Positions 1 through 7,887 of a DNA stretch of 64,000 bases are shown here, piece after piece. Under the pieces are notes generated by a model. The model worked only from the letters and a program-made list of their open reading frames with translations, was not told where the DNA came from and did no database searches. The DNA lies in NCBI GenBank assembly GCA_041665325.1, contig JBAYJB010000003.1, forward strand, positions 1,502-65,501. The letters run 5' to 3'. The stretch comes from Minisyncoccota bacterium (GTDB taxonomy: Bacteria > Patescibacteriota > Minisyncoccia > Phycocordibacterales > PALSA-1337). The translations under genes were made by a program, and so were the position numbers. Within the stretch, counting starts at the first letter, position 1; every line of letters starts with the position of its first letter.

Positions 1-3000
1 GATGAAGCCAGCGAAGGTCGAGGTACCCGTCCCCGAGACTTGGAGAGTGCCTGTCGTCGTGGCGCCGCCGGAGATGGTCAGACCGCCGGCTTGCGTCCCA
101 TCACCGATAGTAGAGGAAGCGTTGACCATGATACCGATCGTCGTCGTCGGAGCCAGGGCGCCGGAGGCATCGATCTCCCATGACTTACCGAACAACGATG
201 ATGGCGCTACATAGTCAGTGCCGGCGATAGCGGCAGAGAGTACGCCAGCGGTAGATTTGACCAACCCACCGGAAAGGCCGCTCAAGGTGACTGTACCGGT
301 GGCAGTCAAGCCGGCAAGAGACAGATCTCCAGAGAACAGTGCGTTGCCCTGGACGGAAAACTTGGAGAATGGCGAGGTTGTGCCGAGGCCTAAGTTACCG
401 ATTGAATTGATGACCGCGAGCGTGCTCGAGGCCGATGAGACCACTTGGAAGATATTCTCCGGTGTCGAGGAGGCCCAGATCGTCAATGTGGCATAAGGTG
501 TAGAAGTGCCGATGGCTACCCTCCTGGCCTTGGTCGAACCGACGCCGTCGGACTCCGAGTACAGAGTGAGGAGCGGCACTCCGCCGATCTGCGCCGCGTA
601 GCTCTCGACTGTGCCGGCCGGAGCGGCCGAAGTCACCGGCAGATCTACCCACGAGACATTACCGGCATTGGTCTCGAAGTTGAAGTTGCCGGTCAAGAGG
701 TTGCTGATCGAAGTGACGCCGGAAGTGTAATTCTCGAATGATCCATTCGTAAACGAGACTCCACCGGCAAAGGTAGAGGTGGCTGTAGTAGAGGTGGCGA
801 AGTATTTGTCAGCCACTACCCCGCTCGCACCGACGACAGAGAGAGCGGCGTAAGGCGTACTCGTCCCGATGCCAAGCCATCCCGTCGAAGTGAAGGTCGA
901 GGTGGCGGTAGCCCCGAAGTAGGCGGGACCGTAGACCGAGAGCATAGTAGAAGAGGCGCGGGCGAACTGCTGGAGGCCAGTCCAGATGTTGGCTGTGGCC
1001 AGGTTGAGGTCAACGGTGATGGTGCCGGAGCTAGTGATCGGCGAAGAGCCGATCGAGAGAGTGGAGTTTGTTGAGGAAAGACCGACGGAGGTGACTGTAC
1101 CTAGGTTGGTACCGACACAAGTGCCGTTGATTGCAAAACAGCCGCTCGCCAGGTTGATACCACCGGTAGACGAGAAGGTCGAGGTGGCGGTCGAGAAGTT
1201 GATGCCGTTGGTGTTGCCGATAGAAAGGAGTGAACCGGGGGTGGTGGTGCCGATGCCGATCGAGCCGGCGAAGTATCCGGTACCATTCTCGAGGAATGAA
1301 GCCAAGGTGGTGGAAGCAGAGTTGGTGATCTCGAAGAGTCTGTTCGAACCGGTTCCCGAACCCCAGATAGACATCCTGGAATATGGAGTAGTCGTACCGA
1401 TGCCGACTCGGCCACCAAGGAAGAGTGCCGAGACCGGATTCTGGTTGGAGGCCGTGGTAGAGGAGATGCCGGAGACGGTGAGTGCTCCGCCGATCATAGC
1501 GTTGGTTCCGACATTCAAGCCGTCGTGAACAAAGAGACCTTGGTTGAACTGGGCCAAGTTCCCTACTTGCAACGTGTCGATCCTGGCATTGCCGATGGCG
1601 ATATTGGAGATGTTACCTGCACCGACATCAACGATCTCGAGAGCGCCGACAAAAGAGCCGTCTAAGGTCGCTATATAAGCATAGTTGCCGGAGACGAAGA
1701 CTGATCGTGGGGTTGTCAGGACTGCTCCTCCTTCACCTGCCAAGATCTTGCCTTTGTGGACTGGGGCAGCCGGATTTGAGACATCGACGATCTCGAGAGC
1801 ATTGTTGCCTGAAGCGGTAACATACGCATAGTTGCCGGAGACGAAGACAGATGAGGGATTGCTTAGGTTGGCACCGCCTGAGCCATGGATGATCTTGCCT
1901 TTGTGGGCAGGGGCCGCGGGATTCGATATGTCGACGATCTCCAAGGCATTGCCGCCCTCAGAAGCGATATATGCATATTTGCCGGAAACGAAGACGGATG
2001 AGGGACTATTTATATCTGCACCGCCAGCTCCATCTAAGATCTGACCCGCATTGATAGGATTGGATGGATTGGATATGTCGATGATCCCAAGATAATCATC
2101 ACCGAATGGAGTAGCGGTAACATACGCATAGTTGCCGGAGACGAAGACTGAGGTGCCCGAACCACCGCCGCCAGCATCAAGAGAAGACCCTGCATGTCTA
2201 GGGTTTGCGGGGTCAGAAACATCGATGACGACCAGGACGCCGCCAGTTGCGATGACATAAGCATAGTTGCCGGAGACGAAGACGCCGTTTGCACCGCTGA
2301 TAGCAGGTACCTGTGTATCATTGATAGAGCCCTTATGAACAGGCTTCGCGGGATTGGAAACATCGACGATCTCAAGGCCTTGGTCTCCGAAGATAGTTCC
2401 GCGCGTGATATACGCATAGTTGCCGGAGACGAAGATGCCGCTCGGATAGTAGAGGACTGCGCCTCCGACACCATCGAGGAGCGAGCCTTTGTGTACCGGG
2501 TTCCTTGGGTCAGAGATATCGACAATCTCGAGGGCTCCTGCACCAGTGCCACCATAAACGGCTATATAAGCATAGTTGCCGGAGACGAAGACGCCCTTGC
2601 CTACATCGAGGTATGGTGCACTGCCGCCGCCATTCAGGAGCCTGCCGACATGGGTTGGATTGACTACGCCGCCGTCGAGAGTAAAGCCTGTGGATGAGGC
2701 GATGTAGAAGAATGGGGCGGCGCCAGCAGTCGACGAGGTGGCGATGGCTAAGTAAGGGTTGGTCTGCCCCGCTGTGCCGGCGATGGAGAGCTTGGCATAC
2801 GGCGTACTCGTCCCGATACCAAGCCAGCCAGCCGAAGTGAAGGTCGAAGTGGCGGTAGCGCCGAAGTAGGCCGGGCCGTAGACGGAGAGCTGGGTGGAGG
2901 AAGCATTCTTGAACTGCTGGAGACCAGTCCAGATGTTGGCTGTAGCTAGGTTGAGATCTACGGTGATGTTGCCGGAAGATGTGATCGGGGAGGAACCAAT

Positions 3001-6000
3001 CGTGAGGGTGGAATTGGTGGAAGCGAGACCGACGGATGTGACCGTACCTAGGTTGGTACCGACACAAGTGCCATTCACAGCAAAGCATCCCGATGCCAAG
3101 TTGATGCCGCCGGTAGACGAGAAGGTCGAGGTGGCTGTCGAGAAGTTGATGCCGTTGGTGTTGCCGACCGAGAGGAGCGAGCCGGGTGTGGTGGTGCCGA
3201 TGCCGACACTGCCGCCCAAAGTCGCTAGGTAAGCAGAACCTGTCGAAGTGAAAGCTGTGGAGGAAGCATATGTGAAGCTATTCAATCCCGTGAATGAGTT
3301 GTTATCAGCAAGCAGCGTCGAGGAGGCGGCCCCGGCGAGCGAGGTGAGGTATCCGGCATCATTCGTCCACTGCGAGATATTCGGTGTAGTGAAAAGTCCT
3401 GGGGAAAGCTTCTGATAGACGAGGGACGCACCGGTCGATTGGAGGACGGTTGAAGAAGCGCCTACTGCATTGAGACCGGTACCGCCATACAAGGGGTAAA
3501 TCGTGGAAGCGGCCGAAACTACCCCGTCCACGGCCTGCAAGGGACCGGTCAAGGCGGCTAGAGTGAGATTGGCTGTGGTGATTGTGCCAGCGAAGTATGC
3601 GTTCCCAGTCGTCGTCGCACCGCCATTGATCGTCAGACCGCCAGCTTGCGTACCATCACCAATAGTAGAGGAGGCATTGACCATGATGCCGATCGTCGTC
3701 GTCGGAGCCAGAGCGCCGAAGGCATTGATCTCCCATGATTTGCCAAATGAGCTTCCGCTTCCGGAACCGCAATTGACTCCGGTCGAAGTCAGGAATCCGC
3801 CGGCACCGAACTGGGCACAGCCGGCGGCGGCAGTCGAAAGACCAAATGAAGAAACTAAGAGATTTGGTAGCGACGAAGTAGCCGTACTGGTGGCAGTGAA
3901 GTATCCGGCCAGAGCATTCGTGCCGAGATCGCTATCGCCATAGACCGACAAGCTGCGCCATGGAGAGGTCGTGCCGAAGCCAACATTGCCGCTAAGATAT
4001 GATGTCTGGGTATTTGGATCGAACCAGAACTTGGCGGATGTCGTAGAGTTCGCTCCGATCGCCACGATATCGGTGCTGTTGTTCGGATAGTTGACGAACT
4101 GGCCGGCTACCGAGGAAGTGGTCGTAGACCAGGTGCCGCTCGAGCCACCGCCGGCACCACAAGGAGAACCCGATGAAGTGACGATGCCGGCCGAGGTCTG
4201 CAGACAACCATCGGTGAGTCCGGTGAATCTCACTGTACCTGTAGCTGTGAGACTGGCGAGTGCTAGGTTGCCGGAGAACAGAGCATCGCCTTGGATGGAG
4301 AGAAGGCGGGATGGTGAAGTGGTACCGATGCCTACTAGGCCGGTAGTCTTTATCCTGAGCTTTTCTGCACCAAAACCACCGGCAACTAAGATGGCGTCAC
4401 CACTATATGTTCCTATCTCTCCGCCTGAATTGCCAAGGTACGTGCCATTCGCAAAGACTGACGAGGCCGTTATATTGCCATTGACATCCAGCTTGGTTGT
4501 TGGATTCTTCCCTATCCCAACATTGCCTGCGAAGTATGCGTTCCCGGTCGTCGTCGCACCGCCATTGATAGTCAGTCCACCGGTCTGTGTGCCATCACCG
4601 ATAGTCGAAGACGCGTAAGCAGTCAGTCCCCCGTTGAATTGGGTAAGAGTAGATGTGGCGTTGCCGGTGAGACTAAATGGGTATGCGAATGTTGAAGTGA
4701 GATAACCCGCATCATTGGTCCACTGGGAAATGTTTGATGTCGTGAATAGTCCGGGCGAGAGCTTCTGATACACGAGTGATGTGCCGTTCGACTGGAGGAT
4801 GGTAGAAGAGGCGCCGATGCCTGTGAGGCCGGTACCGCCGTTGCCGATGCCGACCGTCCCGGACAAGTATGCTGTGGTATCAACTGACAATGCGCCGGTG
4901 CCACCGGAAGTCCGGACCAGACCGTTGGAAGTGAGGTTGGAGAGCGTGGAAATATTCTGGGAAGCGTTGACTGTGACATTGCCGCTGCTGTAAGTCAGTC
5001 CAGTACCATAAGTGGTAGTCGCGGTCCAGGTCGGAACGCCATTCAAGAAGGCGAGGATGTTGCCGGCCGTACCCGCCGTAGTCGTCGCGAGGGCGCCGCT
5101 GCCATTGCCATATAGTAGAGTGCCGGCGCTGATCGCAGACCAGCCCGTGCCGCCGTTCCCCACTCCCAGGATGCCGGCCAAGGTCAGTAAGCCGGAAGTC
5201 GTCACCGGCCCGCCAGAGAATGAGAGGCCGGTCGTGCCGCCGGAAGCATTGACGGAGGTGACCGTGCCATTGGTGCCGCCGATACAGACGCCGTTGATGG
5301 CGAAACATCCGCCGTAAGGGAGGTTGACCCCGGCTAGCGTGGAGGTCGCCGTCGTCGAAGCGCTCACAGCGGAGATGAACGAGGCGAAAGTCGAAGTGCC
5401 CAAATCGCCTACGATGCTAGTAGTAGCCGTCCCCCCCACGGAGATGCCGTTGTATGCCGAGAAAGAGGTCGAGGAAGCGGAGCGGAATTGCTGGAGGCCA
5501 GTCCAAATATTGGAATTGCCCAGGTTGAGGCCGGCTACGACCACGCCGGTGGTCGGAGAGATTGTCAGGGTGCCGTCTGGGTTAGCCGAGACCGACGATA
5601 CGGCTCCGCCGCCGGCGCTGTTCGTAATACAGTTGCCATCGACACCCCGGAAACATCCGCCGGAGAGCTGGATGCCGTTCGCGAAAGTCGAAGTGGCGTT
5701 GGTGGCGGTGATATTGAGCGCGCTGGCTTGGATGCCGGCGGCAAAAGTAGAAGTTGCAGTCGAGGTGGCGATGAGATAACCGATCGTGAGCGATGGTGTG
5801 CCGGTAGCGGCCAGACGCGTGCCATCGTATTGGAGGAGCGCGCCGGTGATGATGGAAGTCGTGTCCAAGCCGAGTGTGCCTGTGGTGGAGATGACGCCGC
5901 CTGTCAGTCCGTTGTTGGTGGCGATCGAGGTAACCGTACCGGATCCGGAGATGCCGAGCGAGCTCGTAGCCAGGAGATCGTAGGTGCCGGCACTGTTGCC

Positions 6001-7308
6001 CACGAGCAGTTTGCCGTAAGTCGGAGCCGAGGAGGTGCCGGTGCCGCCGTTGTCGAGATCGAGTATGCCGGAGAGCGTCAACGTGCCGGAGCTCGTCACC
6101 GGTCCGCCGGAGAATGAAAGGCCGGTCGTGCCGCCGGAAGCGTCGAGCGAAGTGACCGAACCAGAACCGCCTCCTCCTACACTCAATCCGCTGATCGCCT
6201 TGGAGATGCTCCAGCCGATGCTATCGCTCAAGGCGATGTTCTGCGTCATCTGCAGACGCTGGAAGATATTCAGCTGATTGGAGAGATCAGAGACTTGGTT
6301 CCGTAGGTCGTTGAGCTCGGCGCTCGATGCACCAGTGGCGCCGTTGGTGACGACGATGGTCTGCGGCGTCGTATTGCCGCCATATCCAAAGAATTGGTTG
6401 TAGACGGTCCGCGGGATAGACGGTGTCTCGTCGGGAGCCGAGACGATGACCGTCTGGCCTCCTGATAGATCGAGCCAGCGACGGACGGCATCCACCACGA
6501 CGACGCTGGTAGCTCTCCACCAATCTCCGATCGCAAACGGAACATCTGATATTGCCGCGGTATTGTCCTGAAGATTATCTCGCGTGATACTCTGCACGAT
6601 GTTCTGCGTGCGGTCTCTCATGCCAAGCGCACCACCGATCTCATGCCAGGTCAGTTGCGACATCGTCCGCGACAGCGCCGCGAAACTTTCGTCGGCCTTG
6701 AGGACGGCTGATGCTGTCGTCTCCACGACAGCGGCAACCGTTCCACGAATCTGATCAGAGTAAGAAGCGAATACCGAACCGGCACCGATCACTACGACGG
6801 CGGCTGTGACCGCCATCGCCGTACCTATCTTATGCTTCAGCGGAGATACGATCCTTCTCTGCACTCCAGGAACAAGAAGCTTTTCGGTAGCGGCCTTCTC
6901 GATCGTCGGGAGGAGCGGTCTGGCATCATCGCTATACTTCACTGCGGGCCCTCCATCCGGATAGCTGAAACTCCACACAATAGGAGGTATGGCTACCGGC
7001 GCTGCTGGAACTGACGGAACTTGATTTACAACAACAGCCGGAATCGCCTCTGCCGCAGGTTTCGCGCTTTCCGATGACTTTGTTGCAACACTCCTATTAT
7101 GACCATTTCGCGAATGGACTTTTTCCGCCCCATTCTTGTATGTGATCAAGGCATCCTGATCAACAAACCAAATGCGTCCTGTCATCTGTGCCGGCACCTT
7201 TCCACCACGACAGAGTTGCCCGATGTAATCGGCTGAATACTTGGTCATCTCGGAAGCTCGGGCAACCGAGATATACATTTTTCCATCTACGACGAGCTGT
7301 CCTTTCAT
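1..7308 (-). CDS. Giant repetitive surface/adhesin-like protein, partial (C-terminus beyond window start). N-terminal HTH-like segment, then one TM helix, then a >2,200-aa Gly/Thr/Ser-rich extracellular region with LVIVD-type repeats and duplicated modules.
   Basis: Only reading frame without stops from 7308 down to 1; every listed minus-strand ORF here lies in the other two frames. My own translation from the ATG (complement of 7306-7308) gives MKGQLVVDGKMYISVARASEMTKY... then a TM segment IGTAMAVTAAVVVIGAGSVFASY, then repeats such as GIGTTTP, LSGNVGIGTTSP and LEIVDVSNPAAPVHKGK...VFVSGNYAYV. An alternative start is the in-frame Met 10 codons downstream (~7278). Confidence 0.75.
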   Translation of the reverse strand, partial: MKGQLVVDGKMYISVARASEMTKYSADYIGQLCRGGKVPAQMTGRIWFVDQDALITYKNGAEKVHSRNGHNRSVATKSSESAKPAAEAIPAVVVNQVPSVPAAPVAIPPIVWSFSYPDGGPAVKYSDDARPLLPTIEKAATEKLLVPGVQRRIVSPLKHKIGTAMAVTAAVVVIGAGSVFASYSDQIRGTVAAVVETTASAVLKADESFAALSRTMSQLTWHEIGGALGMRDRTQNIVQSITRDNLQDNTAAISDVPFAIGDWWRATSVVVVDAVRRWLDLSGGQTVIVSAPDETPSIPRTVYNQFFGYGGNTTPQTIVVTNGATGASSAELNDLRNQVSDLSNQLNIFQRLQMTQNIALSDSIGWSISKAISGLSVGGGGSGSVTSLDASGGTTGLSFSGGPVTSSGTLTLSGILDLDNGGTGTSSAPTYGKLLVGNSAGTYDLLATSSLGISGSGTVTSIATNNGLTGGVISTTGTLGLDTTSIITGALLQYDGTRLAATGTPSLTIGYLIATSTATSTFAAGIQASALNITATNATSTFANGIQLSGGCFRGVDGNCITNSAGGGAVSSVSANPDGTLTISPTTGVVVAGLNLGNSNIWTGLQQFRSASSTSFSAYNGISVGGTATTSIVGDLGTSTFASFISAVSASTTATSTLAGVNLPYGGCFAINGVCIGGTNGTVTSVNASGGTTGLSFSGGPVTTSGLLTLAGILGVGNGGTGWSAISAGTLLYGNGSGALATTTAGTAGNILAFLNGVPTWTATTTYGTGLTYSSGNVTVNASQNISTLSNLTSNGLVRTSGGTGALSVDTTAYLSGTVGIGNGGTGLTGIGASSTILQSNGTSLVYQKLSPGLFTTSNISQWTNDAGYLTSTFAYPFSLTGNATSTLTQFNGGLTAYASSTIGDGTQTGGLTINGGATTTGNAYFAGNVGIGKNPTTKLDVNGNITASSVFANGTYLGNSGGEIGTYSGDAILVAGGFGAEKLRIKTTGLVGIGTTSPSRLLSIQGDALFSGNLALASLTATGTVRFTGLTDGCLQTSAGIVTSSGSPCGAGGGSSGTWSTTTSSVAGQFVNYPNNSTDIVAIGANSTTSAKFWFDPNTQTSYLSGNVGFGTTSPWRSLSVYGDSDLGTNALAGYFTATSTATSSLPNLLVSSFGLSTAAAGCAQFGAGGFLTSTGVNCGSGSGSSFGKSWEINAFGALAPTTTIGIMVNASSTIGDGTQAGGLTINGGATTTGNAYFAGTITTANLTLAALTGPLQAVDGVVSAASTIYPLYGGTGLNAVGASSTVLQSTGASLVYQKLSPGLFTTPNISQWTNDAGYLTSLAGAASSTLLADNNSFTGLNSFTYASSTAFTSTGSAYLATLGGSVGIGTTTPGSLLSVGNTNGINFSTATSTFSSTGGINLASGCFAVNGTCVGTNLGTVTSVGLASTNSTLTIGSSPITSSGNITVDLNLATANIWTGLQQFKNASSTQLSVYGPAYFGATATSTFTSAGWLGIGTSTPYAKLSIAGTAGQTNPYLAIATSSTAGAAPFFYIASSTGFTLDGGVVNPTHVGRLLNGGGSAPYLDVGKGVFVSGNYAYIAVYGGTGAGALEIVDISDPRNPVHKGSLLDGVGGAVLYYPSGIFVSGNYAYITRGTIFGDQGLEIVDVSNPAKPVHKGSINDTQVPAISGANGVFVSGNYAYVIATGGVLVVIDVSDPANPRHAGSSLDAGGGGSGTSVFVSGNYAYVTATPFGDDYLGIIDISNPSNPINAGQILDGAGGADINSPSSVFVSGKYAYIASEGGNALEIVDISNPAAPAHKGKIIHGSGGANLSNPSSVFVSGNYAYVTASGNNALEIVDVSNPAAPVHKGKILAGEGGAVLTTPRSVFVSGNYAYIATLDGSFVGALEIVDVGAGNISNIAIGNARIDTLQVGNLAQFNQGLFVHDGLNVGTNAMIGGALTVSGISSTTASNQNPVSALFLGGRVGIGTTTPYSRMSIWGSGTGSNRLFEITNSASTTLASFLENGTGYFAGSIGIGTTTPGSLLSIGNTNGINFSTATSTFSSTGGINLASGCFAINGTCVGTNLGTVTSVGLSSTNSTLSIGSSPITSSGTITVDLNLATANIWTGLQQFARASSTMLSVYGPAYFGATATSTFTSTGWLGIGTSTPYAALSVVGASGVVADKYFATSTTATSTFAGGVSFTNGSFENYTSGVTSISNLLTGNFNFETNAGNVSWVDLPVTSAAPAGTVESYAAQIGGVPLLTLYSESDGVGSTKARRVAIGTSTPYATLTIWASSTPENIFQVVSSASSTLAVINSIGNLGLGTTSPFSKFSVQGNALFSGDLSLAGLTATGTVTLSGLSGGLVKSTAGVLSAAIAGTDYVAPSSLFGKSWEIDASGALAPTTTIGIMVNASSTIGDGTQAGGLTISGGATTTGTLQVSGTGTSTFAGFI
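40..190 (-). repeat. Intragenic module B (IMVNASSTIGDGTQAGGLTI(N/S)GGATTTGNAYFAG). Further copies at ~3615-3765 and ~4525-4620.
   Basis: Near-identical nucleotide stretches (...gtcgtcgtcgcaccgccattgat.gtcag.ccacc.g..tg.g..ccatcaccgatagt.ga.ga.gc...) at the three locations. The shadow ORFs 2..214, 3503..3943 and 4091..4618 share VVVAPP..V.PP.CVPSPIVE.A. Confidence 0.65.
830..1270 (-). repeat. Intragenic duplicated module A, copy 1 (~440 bp, roughly 85-90% identical to copy 2 at 2790-3230).
   Basis: Nucleotide alignment by eye of 841-1270 against 2800-3230. The plus-strand shadow ORFs 986..1528 and 2894..3232 translate nearly identically (MLAVARLRSTVM...), which reflects the duplication. Confidence 0.7.
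1660..2700 (-). repeat. About seven tandem ~150-bp (about 50-aa) LVIVD-like beta-propeller repeats inside the giant CDS.
   Basis: The string catagttgccggagacgaagac (reverse complement encodes VFVSGNYAYV) recurs near 1681, 1841, 2121, 2261, 2421 and 2571, with a variant near 1975. Translated units read L(E/D)IVD(V/I)S(N/D)P..P..(H/K)(K/A)G...G.. VFVSGNYAYV. Confidence 0.7.
2790..3230 (-). repeat. Intragenic duplicated module A, copy 2. It flanks the LVIVD block on the other side.
   Basis: See copy 1. Both encode ...NGINFSTATSTFSSTGGINLASGCFA(V/I)NGTCVGTNLGTVTSVGL..TNSTL.IGSSPITSSG.ITVDLNLATANIWTGLQQF... Confidence 0.7.
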
Positions 7309-7444
7309 TAGTACAATTATAGCTCTCTGCTCTCCAAATCTCCTTGTGGATAAGCCCCATTACTGCAGATCATCGATCTCATGTATAATTAGGTCCATTG
7401 AGGGGGTTGAAAAATATTCACCCAAAAGAGCATCTCAGGTAAAC

Positions 7445-7463
7445 TTTGCGAAGGTTTTGCGAA
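7445..7463. promoter_or_regulatory. Direct repeat TTTGCGAA-ggt-TTTGCGAA in the divergent intergenic region between the giant CDS and the small HTH gene. Candidate operator.
   Basis: Seen in sequence: aaacTTTGCGAAggtTTTGCGAAaagtt. It lies between two divergently transcribed genes that both begin with HTH-like segments. Confidence 0.3.
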
Positions 7464-7515
7464 AAGTTAATCCTTACAAAAAGCTACCTAACATTAGTCA
7501 ATAAATATCACTTCA

Positions 7516-7521
7516 TATAAT
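7516..7521 (+). promoter_or_regulatory. TATAAT -10 box 9 nt upstream of the ATG at 7531, with a possible -35 TTAGTC 16 nt further upstream. Leaderless-type promoter.
   Basis: cattagtcaataaatatcacttcaTATAATcttttatcaATG. No Shine-Dalgarno between box and start. Confidence 0.4.
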
Positions 7522-7530
7522 CTTTTATCA

Positions 7531-7818
7531 ATGTTTAGTAATGATGTTTTAACCCAAATAACAACAATGAACGACTCACCAAAACTCATAAGCATCAAGG
7601 AAGCCGCTAAGATGCTTGGCATCACCCCACTGACATTGAGGAATTGGGATAAGAATGGCAAATTGCCGGCTCTTCGCCACCCCATGAATAACTATCGCGT
7701 ATACAAGCGTGAAGACATTGATAGGCTTCTTGAGGTGATCAGTATGAATACGAAGCCAGTCGAAATGAGGAAAAGGAAAATTCAAAAGAAGCTGCAGGTC
7801 ATCCATCTGGATCAATAA
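7531..7818 (+). CDS. Small helix-turn-helix DNA-binding protein (MerR/excisionase-type HTH_17-like).
   Basis: LISIKEAAKMLGITPLTLRNWDKNGKLPALRHPMNNYRVYKREDIDRLL fits the MerR/excisionase HTH pattern. 95 aa. Confidence 0.7.
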   Translation: MFSNDVLTQITTMNDSPKLISIKEAAKMLGITPLTLRNWDKNGKLPALRHPMNNYRVYKREDIDRLLEVISMNTKPVEMRKRKIQKKLQVIHLDQ

Positions 7819-7887
7819 TCGGCATCCGAGATGGGGCTTTAATATTGATTATCTCGGACGGAGGAGTTATCATTATAACTACGAGCC

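Noticed and set aside
1660-2700. Regular ~150-bp periodic repeats could be mistaken for a CRISPR array or tandem satellite.
   Set aside because: The repeats are ~150 bp, imperfect and in-frame, and they encode LVIVD-like protein repeats. There are no short spacers or cas genes.
2-6277. Numerous 60-210-aa ORFs on the plus strand (for example 2..214, 986..1528, 3503..3943, 4091..4618, 5488..6117) and on the other two minus-strand frames.
   Set aside because: They are shadow ORFs of the GC-rich, repetitive giant gene, whose frame is open across the whole interval. Their translations are Pro/Val/Arg-rich low-complexity and the repeat structure is mirrored.
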